Below, piece by piece: positions 6,107 to 13,260 of a DNA stretch of 13,260 bases. Location: assembly GCA_037133055.1 (NCBI GenBank), contig JBAXOY010000088.1:1-13260 (forward strand). Direction: 5' to 3'. The stretch is from Chlamydiota bacterium. Its GTDB lineage: Bacteria; Auribacterota; Tritonobacteria; UBA1439. The notes beneath the pieces are model-generated. The model saw nothing but the letters and a program-made list of their open reading frames with translations, ran no database searches and was not told the origin of the DNA. The position numbers and the translations under genes are program-made. How positions within the stretch are numbered: the first letter of the stretch is position 1; each line of letters opens with the position of its first letter.

Positions 6107-7885
6107 ATGAAAAAGCTGCTCGCTGCGCTTCTCGTGCTCATTCTGGTTGCGCTCGCCTGGGTCTTTCTGTCAGGCCGGAAGATCGAAGCCCCCTTCGCCG
6201 ACGCCTTCCCCCCGGGGGCAATCGGATACGCCGCGGTCAAGGGCGGCGGCGCGCTGGCGCGCGAGGCGGGGAACTCAAATTTCTGGAAGGCGCTGTGCAG
6301 GATCCAAAGCGTGCGCGGGCTTGAAGATGGGGCAGGCGGCGCGAAGGCCGGCGCGGCGGCATTCGCCGCCCTTTCCGGGATGCTCGGAGACGAGGCGGCG
6401 GTGGCCTTCTATGGCGAAAAGAGCGCGTTCGGCGCCTCCGCGCTCGGCGCCGTCAGGAGCAGGGAGGCCCGCGGGTCGATACGCGCCCTCGTCCTCTCGA
6501 GACTCGATGCAAAGCCCGCGGGCACGCACGAGGGTATGGAGCTTTACGCCTTCGGGCTGCCGGGGGCCTGTGGATTCAGGGGCATGTACGCCGCAAGTGC
6601 CGACACGGGGTTCTCCGCAATCTCCACGCGCAACCCGGAGGAGCTCGTGAAGGCCGCGATCGATCTCCATGCGGGAAAGGGGAAGGCCTCGCCGCTCCTC
6701 GGCGACCGGAATTTCGCACCGGGCATCGGGAGAAAGCCCGGGGGGAAGGGCAGGCTCCTTGCGATCGCCTGGATGGACGCGGAGGCGATCGAGGCCGCCG
6801 CGAAGGCGCAGGCCGCGGTTGCGGGGAGGATCGGCAAGGGGAGCCCTTTGGCGGCACAGGTGCTCGCGGGATCGGCGGCGAATCTTCCGGTCGTCTCCGG
6901 CGGCGGCTACCTGTACCGGGACCGCGGTTTCACGGGCATGGTGCGCACGCGCTTCGACCGGGCGCGGCTCACCGAGGGGCAGCGATCGGTCCACCTGGGG
7001 ATACCGGGCCCGCTCGGCGCGCTCGCTCTTGCGCCCAGGGGGACGATCGCCGTGAGCGCCTGGCGCCTCGGCGACATCACCGCCGCGTGGAAATCGTTCA
7101 CCGCGGACTCGAACCCCGCGGGACGGCTCGTTGCCGGATGGGTCGGGGAATACGGAATCGATTTCAGGAAAGACGTCGCCCCGTGGGTGGGCGACGAGAT
7201 AAGCGTCCAGCTTTCCGCGGTGCAGACGGGAGGCCTCTTCCCGCTCCCGCGGGCGGAGCTGATCGTCACGGTGAAAGACCGGCGCGCCGCCGAGCGCATG
7301 GTTATGCGCGTGATGAACGAGGCGGCCGGAACCGCCGGGGCCGCCCCGGGGCAGCAGCCATGGGCGTTTCTCCGGCCCGAGCTGACGCGCAACGAGCACC
7401 GCGGGGTCATGGTGACGTCCCTGAGCTACCCGCTCCCGGGGGTCTCCCCCTCATTCGCCTTCATCGGGGAGCGACTTGTCATGGGCCTCGACCGTTCTTC
7501 CGTCCAGGAGATCATCGACACGGCGAAGGGGGAGCGCGACCCCCTCCTCGCCGACCCCGTCTTCGCGGAGATGCGCTCGGGGATCCCGTCGCGCCTGAAC
7601 CATCTCACCTGGATCGACGGCGAGGGGGCGCTGCGGGCGGGGGAGGGCGTGGTGAACTGGGTGCTGGCCGTGAAAAGGCTCGCGCGGTCGGTTTCGGATG
7701 AGCCGGCGCCGGAGGCGGAGGCGCGGTTCGAGGCCGACCTGCCGCGGCTCATCGCCGCCGCGCGGGTATTCCGGGCCGCGATGGAGGCGACCGCGTGCGG
7801 GAGGGACACGGTGGACGGGTATTTCGCCCTGCGGGTGCGGGACCTCGAAAATCCTGGCCTCGGAAATCCGTTGCCCCGCCGCTGA
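6107..7885 (+). CDS. Membrane-anchored or secreted protein, DUF3352-like (592 aa)
   Basis: Start reassigned to ATG 6107 (GGAGG at 6097-6101). N-terminal MKKLLAALLVLILVALAWVFL anchor; internal IDFRKDVAPWVGDEISV resembles a DUF3352 motif; host-like codon usage. Confidence 0.6.
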   Translation: MKKLLAALLVLILVALAWVFLSGRKIEAPFADAFPPGAIGYAAVKGGGALAREAGNSNFWKALCRIQSVRGLEDGAGGAKAGAAAFAALSGMLGDEAAVAFYGEKSAFGASALGAVRSREARGSIRALVLSRLDAKPAGTHEGMELYAFGLPGACGFRGMYAASADTGFSAISTRNPEELVKAAIDLHAGKGKASPLLGDRNFAPGIGRKPGGKGRLLAIAWMDAEAIEAAAKAQAAVAGRIGKGSPLAAQVLAGSAANLPVVSGGGYLYRDRGFTGMVRTRFDRARLTEGQRSVHLGIPGPLGALALAPRGTIAVSAWRLGDITAAWKSFTADSNPAGRLVAGWVGEYGIDFRKDVAPWVGDEISVQLSAVQTGGLFPLPRAELIVTVKDRRAAERMVMRVMNEAAGTAGAAPGQQPWAFLRPELTRNEHRGVMVTSLSYPLPGVSPSFAFIGERLVMGLDRSSVQEIIDTAKGERDPLLADPVFAEMRSGIPSRLNHLTWIDGEGALRAGEGVVNWVLAVKRLARSVSDEPAPEAEARFEADLPRLIAAARVFRAAMEATACGRDTVDGYFALRVRDLENPGLGNPLPRR

Positions 7886-7899
7886 TTCTGGGATAGAAT
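7871..7899 (+). promoter_or_regulatory. Probable sigma70 promoter for the mre operon
   Basis: TTGCCC at 7871-7876, 17-bp spacer, TAGAAT at 7894-7899, 39 nt upstream of the mreB ATG. Confidence 0.55.
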
Positions 7900-7938
7900 G
7901 CCGCCGATCGTGGTATCAGACGGGAAGGCATCATCGCC

Positions 7939-8976
7939 ATGTTCGGCTACCTGCTGGGACTGTTTTCCAACGACATCGGCATCGACCTCGGGACCGCGAA
8001 CACCCTTGTGTACGTGAAGGGCCAGGGGATCGTCCTCATGGAGCCCTCCGTGGTGGCGGTCCAGGCGGGCACGAACAACGTGCTCGCGGTGGGCGAGGAA
8101 GCGAAGAAGATGCTCGGCCGCACGCCGGGCTCCATCGTCGCCATCCGGCCGCTCAAGGACGGGGTCATCGCCGACTTCGACATCACGGAGAGCATGCTGC
8201 GGTATTTCATCCGCAAGGTGCACCACCGCAGGTCGCTCGTCGCGCCGCGCGTGGTCATCGCCGTGCCCTCGGGGATCACGGAGGTAGAAAAGCGGGCTGT
8301 GAAGGACTCCGCCGAGCAGGCCGGGGCGCGCCTGGTCTATCTCATCGAAGAGCCGATGGCCGCGGCGATAGGCATCGGGCTCCCCGTCCAGGAGCCCGCG
8401 GCGAACATGGTCATCGACATCGGCGGCGGGACCACCGAGGTCGCGATCATATCGCTCGCGGGCATCGTCTTCTCGAAGAGCGTCAGGGTGGGCGGCGACG
8501 AGATGGACGAGGCGATCATCCAGTACCTCAAGAGGAACTACAACCTGATGGTGGGAGAGCGCACCGCCGAGGATATCAAGATTTCCATCGGTTCGGCCTA
8601 TCCGCTTGCCGAGGAGATGGCGATGGAGGTGAAGGGGCGCGACCTCATCGCCGGGCTCCCCAAAACACTCCGCGTCACCTCGGAGGAGGTGCGCGAGGCG
8701 CTCTCCGAGTCGATATCGACCATCGTCGAGGCGGTGCGGATCGCCCTCGAGCGCTGCCCTCCGGAGCTCTCCGCGGACCTCGTCGATCGGGGCATGATCA
8801 TGACTGGCGGCGGGTCGCTGCTCAGGGGGTTCCCGCGGCTCATCTCGGAGGAGACGGGTCTCCCCGTCCACCTCGCCGAAGAGCCCTTGAAGACCGTCGC
8901 TCTCGGCACCGGGAAGGTGCTGGACGAGCTTTACTTCCTCCAGAAACTCATTCCCTCTGCGCGTCAGGGGACCTGA
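7939..8976 (+). CDS. mreB: Rod shape-determining protein MreB
   Basis: [54 protein letters not shown]-terminal amphipathic helix MFGYLLGLF. Confidence 0.99.
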   Translation: MFGYLLGLFSNDIGIDLGTANTLVYVKGQGIVLMEPSVVAVQAGTNNVLAVGEEAKKMLGRTPGSIVAIRPLKDGVIADFDITESMLRYFIRKVHHRRSLVAPRVVIAVPSGITEVEKRAVKDSAEQAGARLVYLIEEPMAAAIGIGLPVQEPAANMVIDIGGGTTEVAIISLAGIVFSKSVRVGGDEMDEAIIQYLKRNYNLMVGERTAEDIKISIGSAYPLAEEMAMEVKGRDLIAGLPKTLRVTSEEVREALSESISTIVEAVRIALERCPPELSADLVDRGMIMTGGGSLLRGFPRLISEETGLPVHLAEEPLKTVALGTGKVLDELYFLQKLIPSARQGT

Positions 8977-8984
8977 GCCCTCAG

Positions 8985-9803
8985 ATGTCGAGCCGAAGCG
9001 TTGCAGTGCTGGTCGTGGCCGCGGCCCTCGTGTGCGCGTTTCTCGCGCTCCCGTCACGCGTCTCCGTCCCCGCGCGCGCGTGGCTCGCGGAGGCGCTCTT
9101 CCCCCTCGTCAGGTTCGAGCATGGCATCCTCGGCGCCCCCGCGGACATCAGGAATGCGTGGGCCTCCCGCCGCCTTCTCGAGGAGGAGAACACGGTCCTG
9201 CGGAGGCAGTTCGACGAGCTCCGGGGGCAGGTCGCCGCGCTGCGCGGCCTGAAGGAGGAAAACAGCCGTCTCCACCGCCTCCTCGAGTTCAAGGAATCGG
9301 GCCCCCTCAGGCTTCTCCCCGCCGAGGTGATCGGGCGCGACACCCGCCAGTGGTACAGCAGCATCGTGATCGACAAAGGCACACGGCTCGGGGTTCTCCC
9401 CGACATGCCGGTCGTGACCGAGGACGGGGTGGTGGGAAAAGTCATCGAGGCCGCGCCGGGTGTCAGCACGGTCCTCCTCATCGTGGACAAACGGAGCAGG
9501 GTGGGGGGAGTGGTCGAGCGGACCAGGGAAACGGGTGTCGCGGGCGGCTCCTCGTTCAACACCCTGCGCATCGAGTATCTCCCGCGGCGCTCGGAGGCGA
9601 AGCCCGGCGACCGGGTGGTGACCTCCGGGCTGGGGGGGGTGTACCCGCGCGGGCTCGTGCTCGGGGACGTCATCAGCGTCTACGACGGGGAGTCGGGCCT
9701 CGCGAGCTGCGCCGACATCTCCCCGAGCGTTGATTTCTCGAGGCTGGAGGCGGTGTTCGTCGTCACCGGCGCGCGCGGGGGGGAGGGCGACTTTCTCCGG
9801 TGA
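8985..9803 (+). CDS. mreC: Rod shape-determining protein MreC (272 aa)
   Basis: 3' part of ORF 7698..9803, starting at ATG 8985. TM segment, coiled coil (LKEENSRLHRLL), AEVIGRD, IDKG...V.TEDGVVGKV, GDRVVTSGLGGVYPRGL; follows mreB. Confidence 0.96.
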   Translation: MSSRSVAVLVVAAALVCAFLALPSRVSVPARAWLAEALFPLVRFEHGILGAPADIRNAWASRRLLEEENTVLRRQFDELRGQVAALRGLKEENSRLHRLLEFKESGPLRLLPAEVIGRDTRQWYSSIVIDKGTRLGVLPDMPVVTEDGVVGKVIEAAPGVSTVLLIVDKRSRVGGVVERTRETGVAGGSSFNTLRIEYLPRRSEAKPGDRVVTSGLGGVYPRGLVLGDVISVYDGESGLASCADISPSVDFSRLEAVFVVTGARGGEGDFLR

Positions 9804-10264
9804 AAGTCCTTCTCGGGGTTTTCATCATCGCGGCCGCCGCCACGCTGCAGACCGCGTGCGCGGGTGTCATGGCGCGGGTCCACCTCGGGGCAGACCTGGT
9901 CCTTGTCTCCGTGCTCTCCCTCGCCGCGCTTTCCGGAAACGGGACCGCGATGGCCGCCGCGGCGCTCGCCGGGCTGTGCAAGGACGCATTCTCCGCGGGC
10001 CCGTTCGGCGCCTCGTCCGCCGTGTTCGTCCCGCTCGCTTTTTTCGTCAGCAGGCTTCGCGATACCCTGTGGCTGGCGCACTGGACCACCCAGTCCGCGA
10101 TCGCCTTTGCGGGCACGTTCGCCGCGGGCGCGCTCTATGCCCTTTATGCGGAGCTCCGGAGCGAGCCGGCGTTCGGTGAAATGGGCCCCCTGCTCGTGAG
10201 CGCGGCCGTGAACGCCTGCCTGGCGCCGGCGTGTTTCCGGGTCTGGCGCGCCGTCCTGAGGTGA
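9800..10264 (+). CDS. mreD: Rod shape-determining protein MreD
   Basis: 154-aa hydrophobic protein with LQT, DLVLV and AGLCKDAFS.GPFG motifs; GTGA overlap with the mreC stop; position between mreC and mrdA. Confidence 0.88.
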   Translation: MKVLLGVFIIAAAATLQTACAGVMARVHLGADLVLVSVLSLAALSGNGTAMAAAALAGLCKDAFSAGPFGASSAVFVPLAFFVSRLRDTLWLAHWTTQSAIAFAGTFAAGALYALYAELRSEPAFGEMGPLLVSAAVNACLAPACFRVWRAVLR

Positions 10265-10271
10265 ATGCGTC

Positions 10272-12068
10272 GTGAGAGACCCCATCGTGGACTTCCCGGA
10301 GGAGTCGCTGTTCCCCACGCCCGCCGTGAGGGGGATCGCGTATCTCGTTTCGGGGGCCTTCCTGCTGATCACCTGCTACCTCTGGTACATCCAGGTCGTC
10401 CGGGGAGAAGAGTACCTGGAGATGGCGCGGAGCAACCGCGTGCGCCTCGTCCGCCGGCCCTCGCCGCGCGGACTGATCTACGACCGCCTCGGCGGACTCG
10501 TCGCCGACAACCGCGCGAGCTTCGACGTCGAGGTCGTGCCCGAGGATGTCGAGGACATGGAGCTTGTGGAGGAGAGACTGGGCGGCATTCTCGGACTCGA
10601 TCCGCGGGAGGTGCGCGCGCGCATCCGCGCCGGGCGATCATACTCCTATCTGCCGGTGACGGTCGAGGGCGATGTCGGCATGGAGGTGATGCTCGAGATC
10701 GAGGAGCGCCGGCCCGGGCTCGCGGGGGTGCGGGTCGGGGTCTATCCGCGGAGGCGGTATCTCCAGGGCCCCGCGCTCTCCCACGTCCTCGGCTATCTCG
10801 GCGTCATCAGCCCCGGGGAGCTGGATCGTCTGAGGGAGCGGGGCTATACGCGGCAGGACCTCGTCGGCAAAAACGGCGTGGAAAAACAGTACGAGGAATT
10901 CCTCGCCGGGAGGGCGGGTTCCGAGGGGATACAGGTGGACAACCGCGGCTACCTCGACCGGGTGCTCTACCGTCAGGAACCGGTCCCCGGCTCCTCGCTC
11001 TACCTGACGGTGGACATGAAAACGCAGCGCGCCGCGGAGGCTGTCCTCGCGGAGAATACCGGGGCGGTGACGGCGCTCGACCCCGGGACCGGCGAGGTGC
11101 TCGCCATGGCGAGCAGTCCCGGCTACGACCCGAACGGGTTCGTCCCCCCGGTCGAGTCCGACCTCGTCCGCGGCCTGATGGCGAGCCCCGATCACCCCCT
11201 TATCAACCGGGCGATCCAGGGCGCGTATGCCCCGGGCTCGACCTTCAAGCCGTATGTCGCGTTCGCGGCGCTCGAGAGCGGGGCGATAACGGGGGATACG
11301 CCCTTCGTGTGCACGGGGGTGTTCATGCTCGGAAAACACCCGTACAAATGCTGGTACCCGAAGGGGCACGGCCGCCTCACCCTCGCGGACGCCCTCATGT
11401 TCTCGTGCAACGTCTTTTTCTACAACACCGGCTACCGCACTGGGCGGGATGAGATCGTACGCGTGGCGTCCGCGTTCGGTCTGGCCGAGCCGACCGGGAT
11501 CGATCTCCCGGGAGAGCGGGCGGGGCTGGTCCCCACGGCCGCGTGGAGGGAGGAGCGGGGGATGCGGACCTGGAATCCGGGAGACACCGTGGTCATGGCG
11601 ATCGGGCAGGGATACCTCGCGCTCACCCCCCTCAGGGCTGCGACGGCCATGGCCGCCATCGCGAACGGGGGAAAGCTCTACCGCCCGTATCTGGTGAAGC
11701 AGATCGTGTCGCCGCTCGGCGAAACAGTCGAGAGCAGGGGCCCGGAACTCGTGAGGGAGATCCCGCTCCGGGCCGGGGACCTCGCGCTCGTGCGGGAGGG
11801 CCTGAGGCGCGTGGTCAACTCGAAATACGGCACGGGGCAGAAGGGGCGGCTCGAGGGGATCGAGATCGCGGGAAAGACCGGGACCGTGCAGGTGGGGGTC
11901 GAGGGGCAGAGGAAGAACCACGCATGGTTTACCGGCTACGCCCCGGCCGACAACCCTCAGATCGCGGTGGCGGTGCTGCTCGAGGGGCGGGAGTCGGGGG
12001 GGTTCTTCGCCGCGCCCGCCGCGAAAAAGATCTTCGCCGCGTACTTCAACATCGACCTGAAGGAATAG
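10272..12068 (+). CDS. mrdA: Penicillin-binding protein 2 (class B transpeptidase)
   Basis: N-terminal TM, PRGLIYDR, RRY, VGKNGVEKQYE, NRAIQGAYAPGSTFK (SxxK), SCN (SxN) and KTGT; exact start codon uncertain. Confidence 0.97.
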   Translation: MRDPIVDFPEESLFPTPAVRGIAYLVSGAFLLITCYLWYIQVVRGEEYLEMARSNRVRLVRRPSPRGLIYDRLGGLVADNRASFDVEVVPEDVEDMELVEERLGGILGLDPREVRARIRAGRSYSYLPVTVEGDVGMEVMLEIEERRPGLAGVRVGVYPRRRYLQGPALSHVLGYLGVISPGELDRLRERGYTRQDLVGKNGVEKQYEEFLAGRAGSEGIQVDNRGYLDRVLYRQEPVPGSSLYLTVDMKTQRAAEAVLAENTGAVTALDPGTGEVLAMASSPGYDPNGFVPPVESDLVRGLMASPDHPLINRAIQGAYAPGSTFKPYVAFAALESGAITGDTPFVCTGVFMLGKHPYKCWYPKGHGRLTLADALMFSCNVFFYNTGYRTGRDEIVRVASAFGLAEPTGIDLPGERAGLVPTAAWREERGMRTWNPGDTVVMAIGQGYLALTPLRAATAMAAIANGGKLYRPYLVKQIVSPLGETVESRGPELVREIPLRAGDLALVREGLRRVVNSKYGTGQKGRLEGIEIAGKTGTVQVGVEGQRKNHAWFTGYAPADNPQIAVAVLLEGRESGGFFAAPAAKKIFAAYFNIDLKE

Positions 12069-12082
12069 CATATACTGTCATC

Positions 12083-12176
12083 CCACGGAGGGCACGGAGC
12101 GACAGCCGTGTGGGCGTATGGGTGTGACGGCGTAGGCGGAACGTAAAGATCGTCTCGCGGTTTGAACGGTTTGAAC
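12083..12176. repeat. Composite short tandem-repeat block between mrdA and rodA
   Basis: CACGGAG x2 (12084, 12093); degenerate 8-mers GTGTGGGC/GTATGGGT/GTGACGGC/GTAGGCGG (12108-12139); CGGTTTGAA x2 (12158-12175). Confidence 0.8.
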
Positions 12177-12191
12177 AAGGTAAGTGACACG

Positions 12192-13260
12192 ATGATAAAT
12201 CTTTCGCTGTACCGGCACACCTCGTGGGGCATCACGGCGTGCGCCTGCGCGCTCATCGCCCTCGGCCTCCTCTTCATCTACAGCGGGTCGTACCAGATGG
12301 GGAAGGACGCCGGGAGCGTGTACGTGATGCGCCAGGCGGCGTGGGGTCTCGCCGGCATCCTCGTCGCCGGGCTCCTCGTGATGCTGGACTACCGGAAGCT
12401 TGCCGCCTCCGCCTTCCTGATCTACGGGGTCTTCATCGTCCTCCTCATCCTCCTCCTGTTCACTTCCGACCCCCGGCGCGGGGCGCGGAGCTGGTTCTCC
12501 GTGGGCGCGTTCGCGGTGCAGCCCTCTGAGTTCGTGAAGATCGCCCTCATCCTCGCCCTCGCCAAATATCTCTCGCGGGAGGATATCCCCCGCCGATCCG
12601 CCTCCTTCCTGGGCGGGGCGCTGCTGATCGCCGCAGTCCCGATCGCCCTCATCCTGAAGGAGCCCGACCTGGGCACCGCCCTTGTCTTTATCCCGGTCAT
12701 CTTCGCGATGCTCGTCACCGCGGGCGCGCGCGGCGTGTATCTCTCCGGCATGGTGATGGCCGGTGTCTTCTCCCTCCCCGCCGGGTGGCTCTTCCTCAAG
12801 CCGTACCAGAAACTCAGGATCAAGGTCTTTCTGGACCCGCAGCTCGATCCGCTCCGCTCGGGCTACAACGCGATCCAGTCCCTGATCGCGGTCGGGGGCG
12901 GGGGCTTGCGCGGGCAGGGCTGGCTCCACGGCACCCAGACGCACCTCCGGTTCCTGCCCGAGCGCCACACCGATTTCATCTTCTGCGTCCTCGCGGAGGA
13001 AGCGGGGTTCATGGGGTGCGTCCTGCTGCTCGCGCTCTACGCGGTCATAATCCTGAGCGGCCTCCGCATCGCGGAACAGGCGCGCGACGAGTTCGGGAAA
13101 CTGGCCGCGGTCGGGATCACCGTGCTCCTTGCGGCCCACGTGGTGGTCAACATCGGGATGACGATCGGGCTCCTCCCCATCACCGGCCTGCCGCTCCCGC
13201 TCGTGAGCTACGGGGGCTCGTCGCTCCTGAGCATCTGCATGTGCCTCGGGATACTGCAGA
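12192..13260 (+). CDS. rodA: Rod shape-determining protein RodA (SEDS glycosyltransferase), 3' end beyond the window
   Basis: Not in the ORF track; hand translation from ATG 12192: MINLSLYRHTSW...GARSWF...QPSEFVK...EPDLGTA...LKPYQKLRI...GYNAIQS..AVGGGG...FLPERHTDFIF...GLPLPLVSYGGSS; follows mrdA. Confidence 0.97.
   Translation, partial: MINLSLYRHTSWGITACACALIALGLLFIYSGSYQMGKDAGSVYVMRQAAWGLAGILVAGLLVMLDYRKLAASAFLIYGVFIVLLILLLFTSDPRRGARSWFSVGAFAVQPSEFVKIALILALAKYLSREDIPRRSASFLGGALLIAAVPIALILKEPDLGTALVFIPVIFAMLVTAGARGVYLSGMVMAGVFSLPAGWLFLKPYQKLRIKVFLDPQLDPLRSGYNAIQSLIAVGGGGLRGQGWLHGTQTHLRFLPERHTDFIFCVLAEEAGFMGCVLLLALYAVIILSGLRIAEQARDEFGKLAAVGITVLLAAHVVVNIGMTIGLLPITGLPLPLVSYGGSSLLSICMCLGILQ

Noticed and set aside
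7698..8984. 701-aa ORF implying a giant MreC or an MreB-overlapping protein
   Set aside because: The upstream 429 codons are an off-frame overlap of mreB; MreC homology begins at ATG 8985, just after the mreB stop.
9632..9639. G8 tract in mreC (also T6/C6/T6 at 2321-2341 in addB and G7 at 5574-5580) as phase-variation sites
   Set aside because: All are in frame, short, and encode ordinary or conserved residues (GLGG in MreC); expected in GC-rich DNA.
7426..13139. Long minus-strand ORFs opposite mreB, mrdA and rodA
   Set aside because: Antisense shadows caused by codon bias of strongly supported plus-strand genes.

Overview
GC-rich bacterial window that appears to consist of two unrelated segments fused at about nt 1316-1328. 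The left segment (minus strand) holds the last ~35 codons of a cupredoxin-domain gene, a DUF4418-like membrane protein gene and the 5' part of a CtpE-like P-type ATPase gene. The right segment (plus strand) holds the C-terminal nuclease fragment of an AddA/UvrD-type helicase-nuclease, an intact AddB-like gene, an AT-richer ~1.08 kb element, a DUF3352-like membrane-anchored protein gene and the cell-shape operon mreB-mreC-mreD-mrdA-rodA (rodA runs off the window). The 1.08 kb element encodes a RAYT-type HUH (Y1) transposase with a DnaA-domain-IV-like C-terminus and is bounded by 23-25 bp inverted repeats that contain its -35 box and its stop codon. Three intergenic gaps (after addA, addB and mrdA) are filled with mosaics of short 7-16 bp tandem repeats; one motif (CACGGAG) is shared between two gaps 10 kb apart. 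No rRNA, tRNA or CRISPR array was seen. All family assignments are from motif recognition by eye, not database searches.
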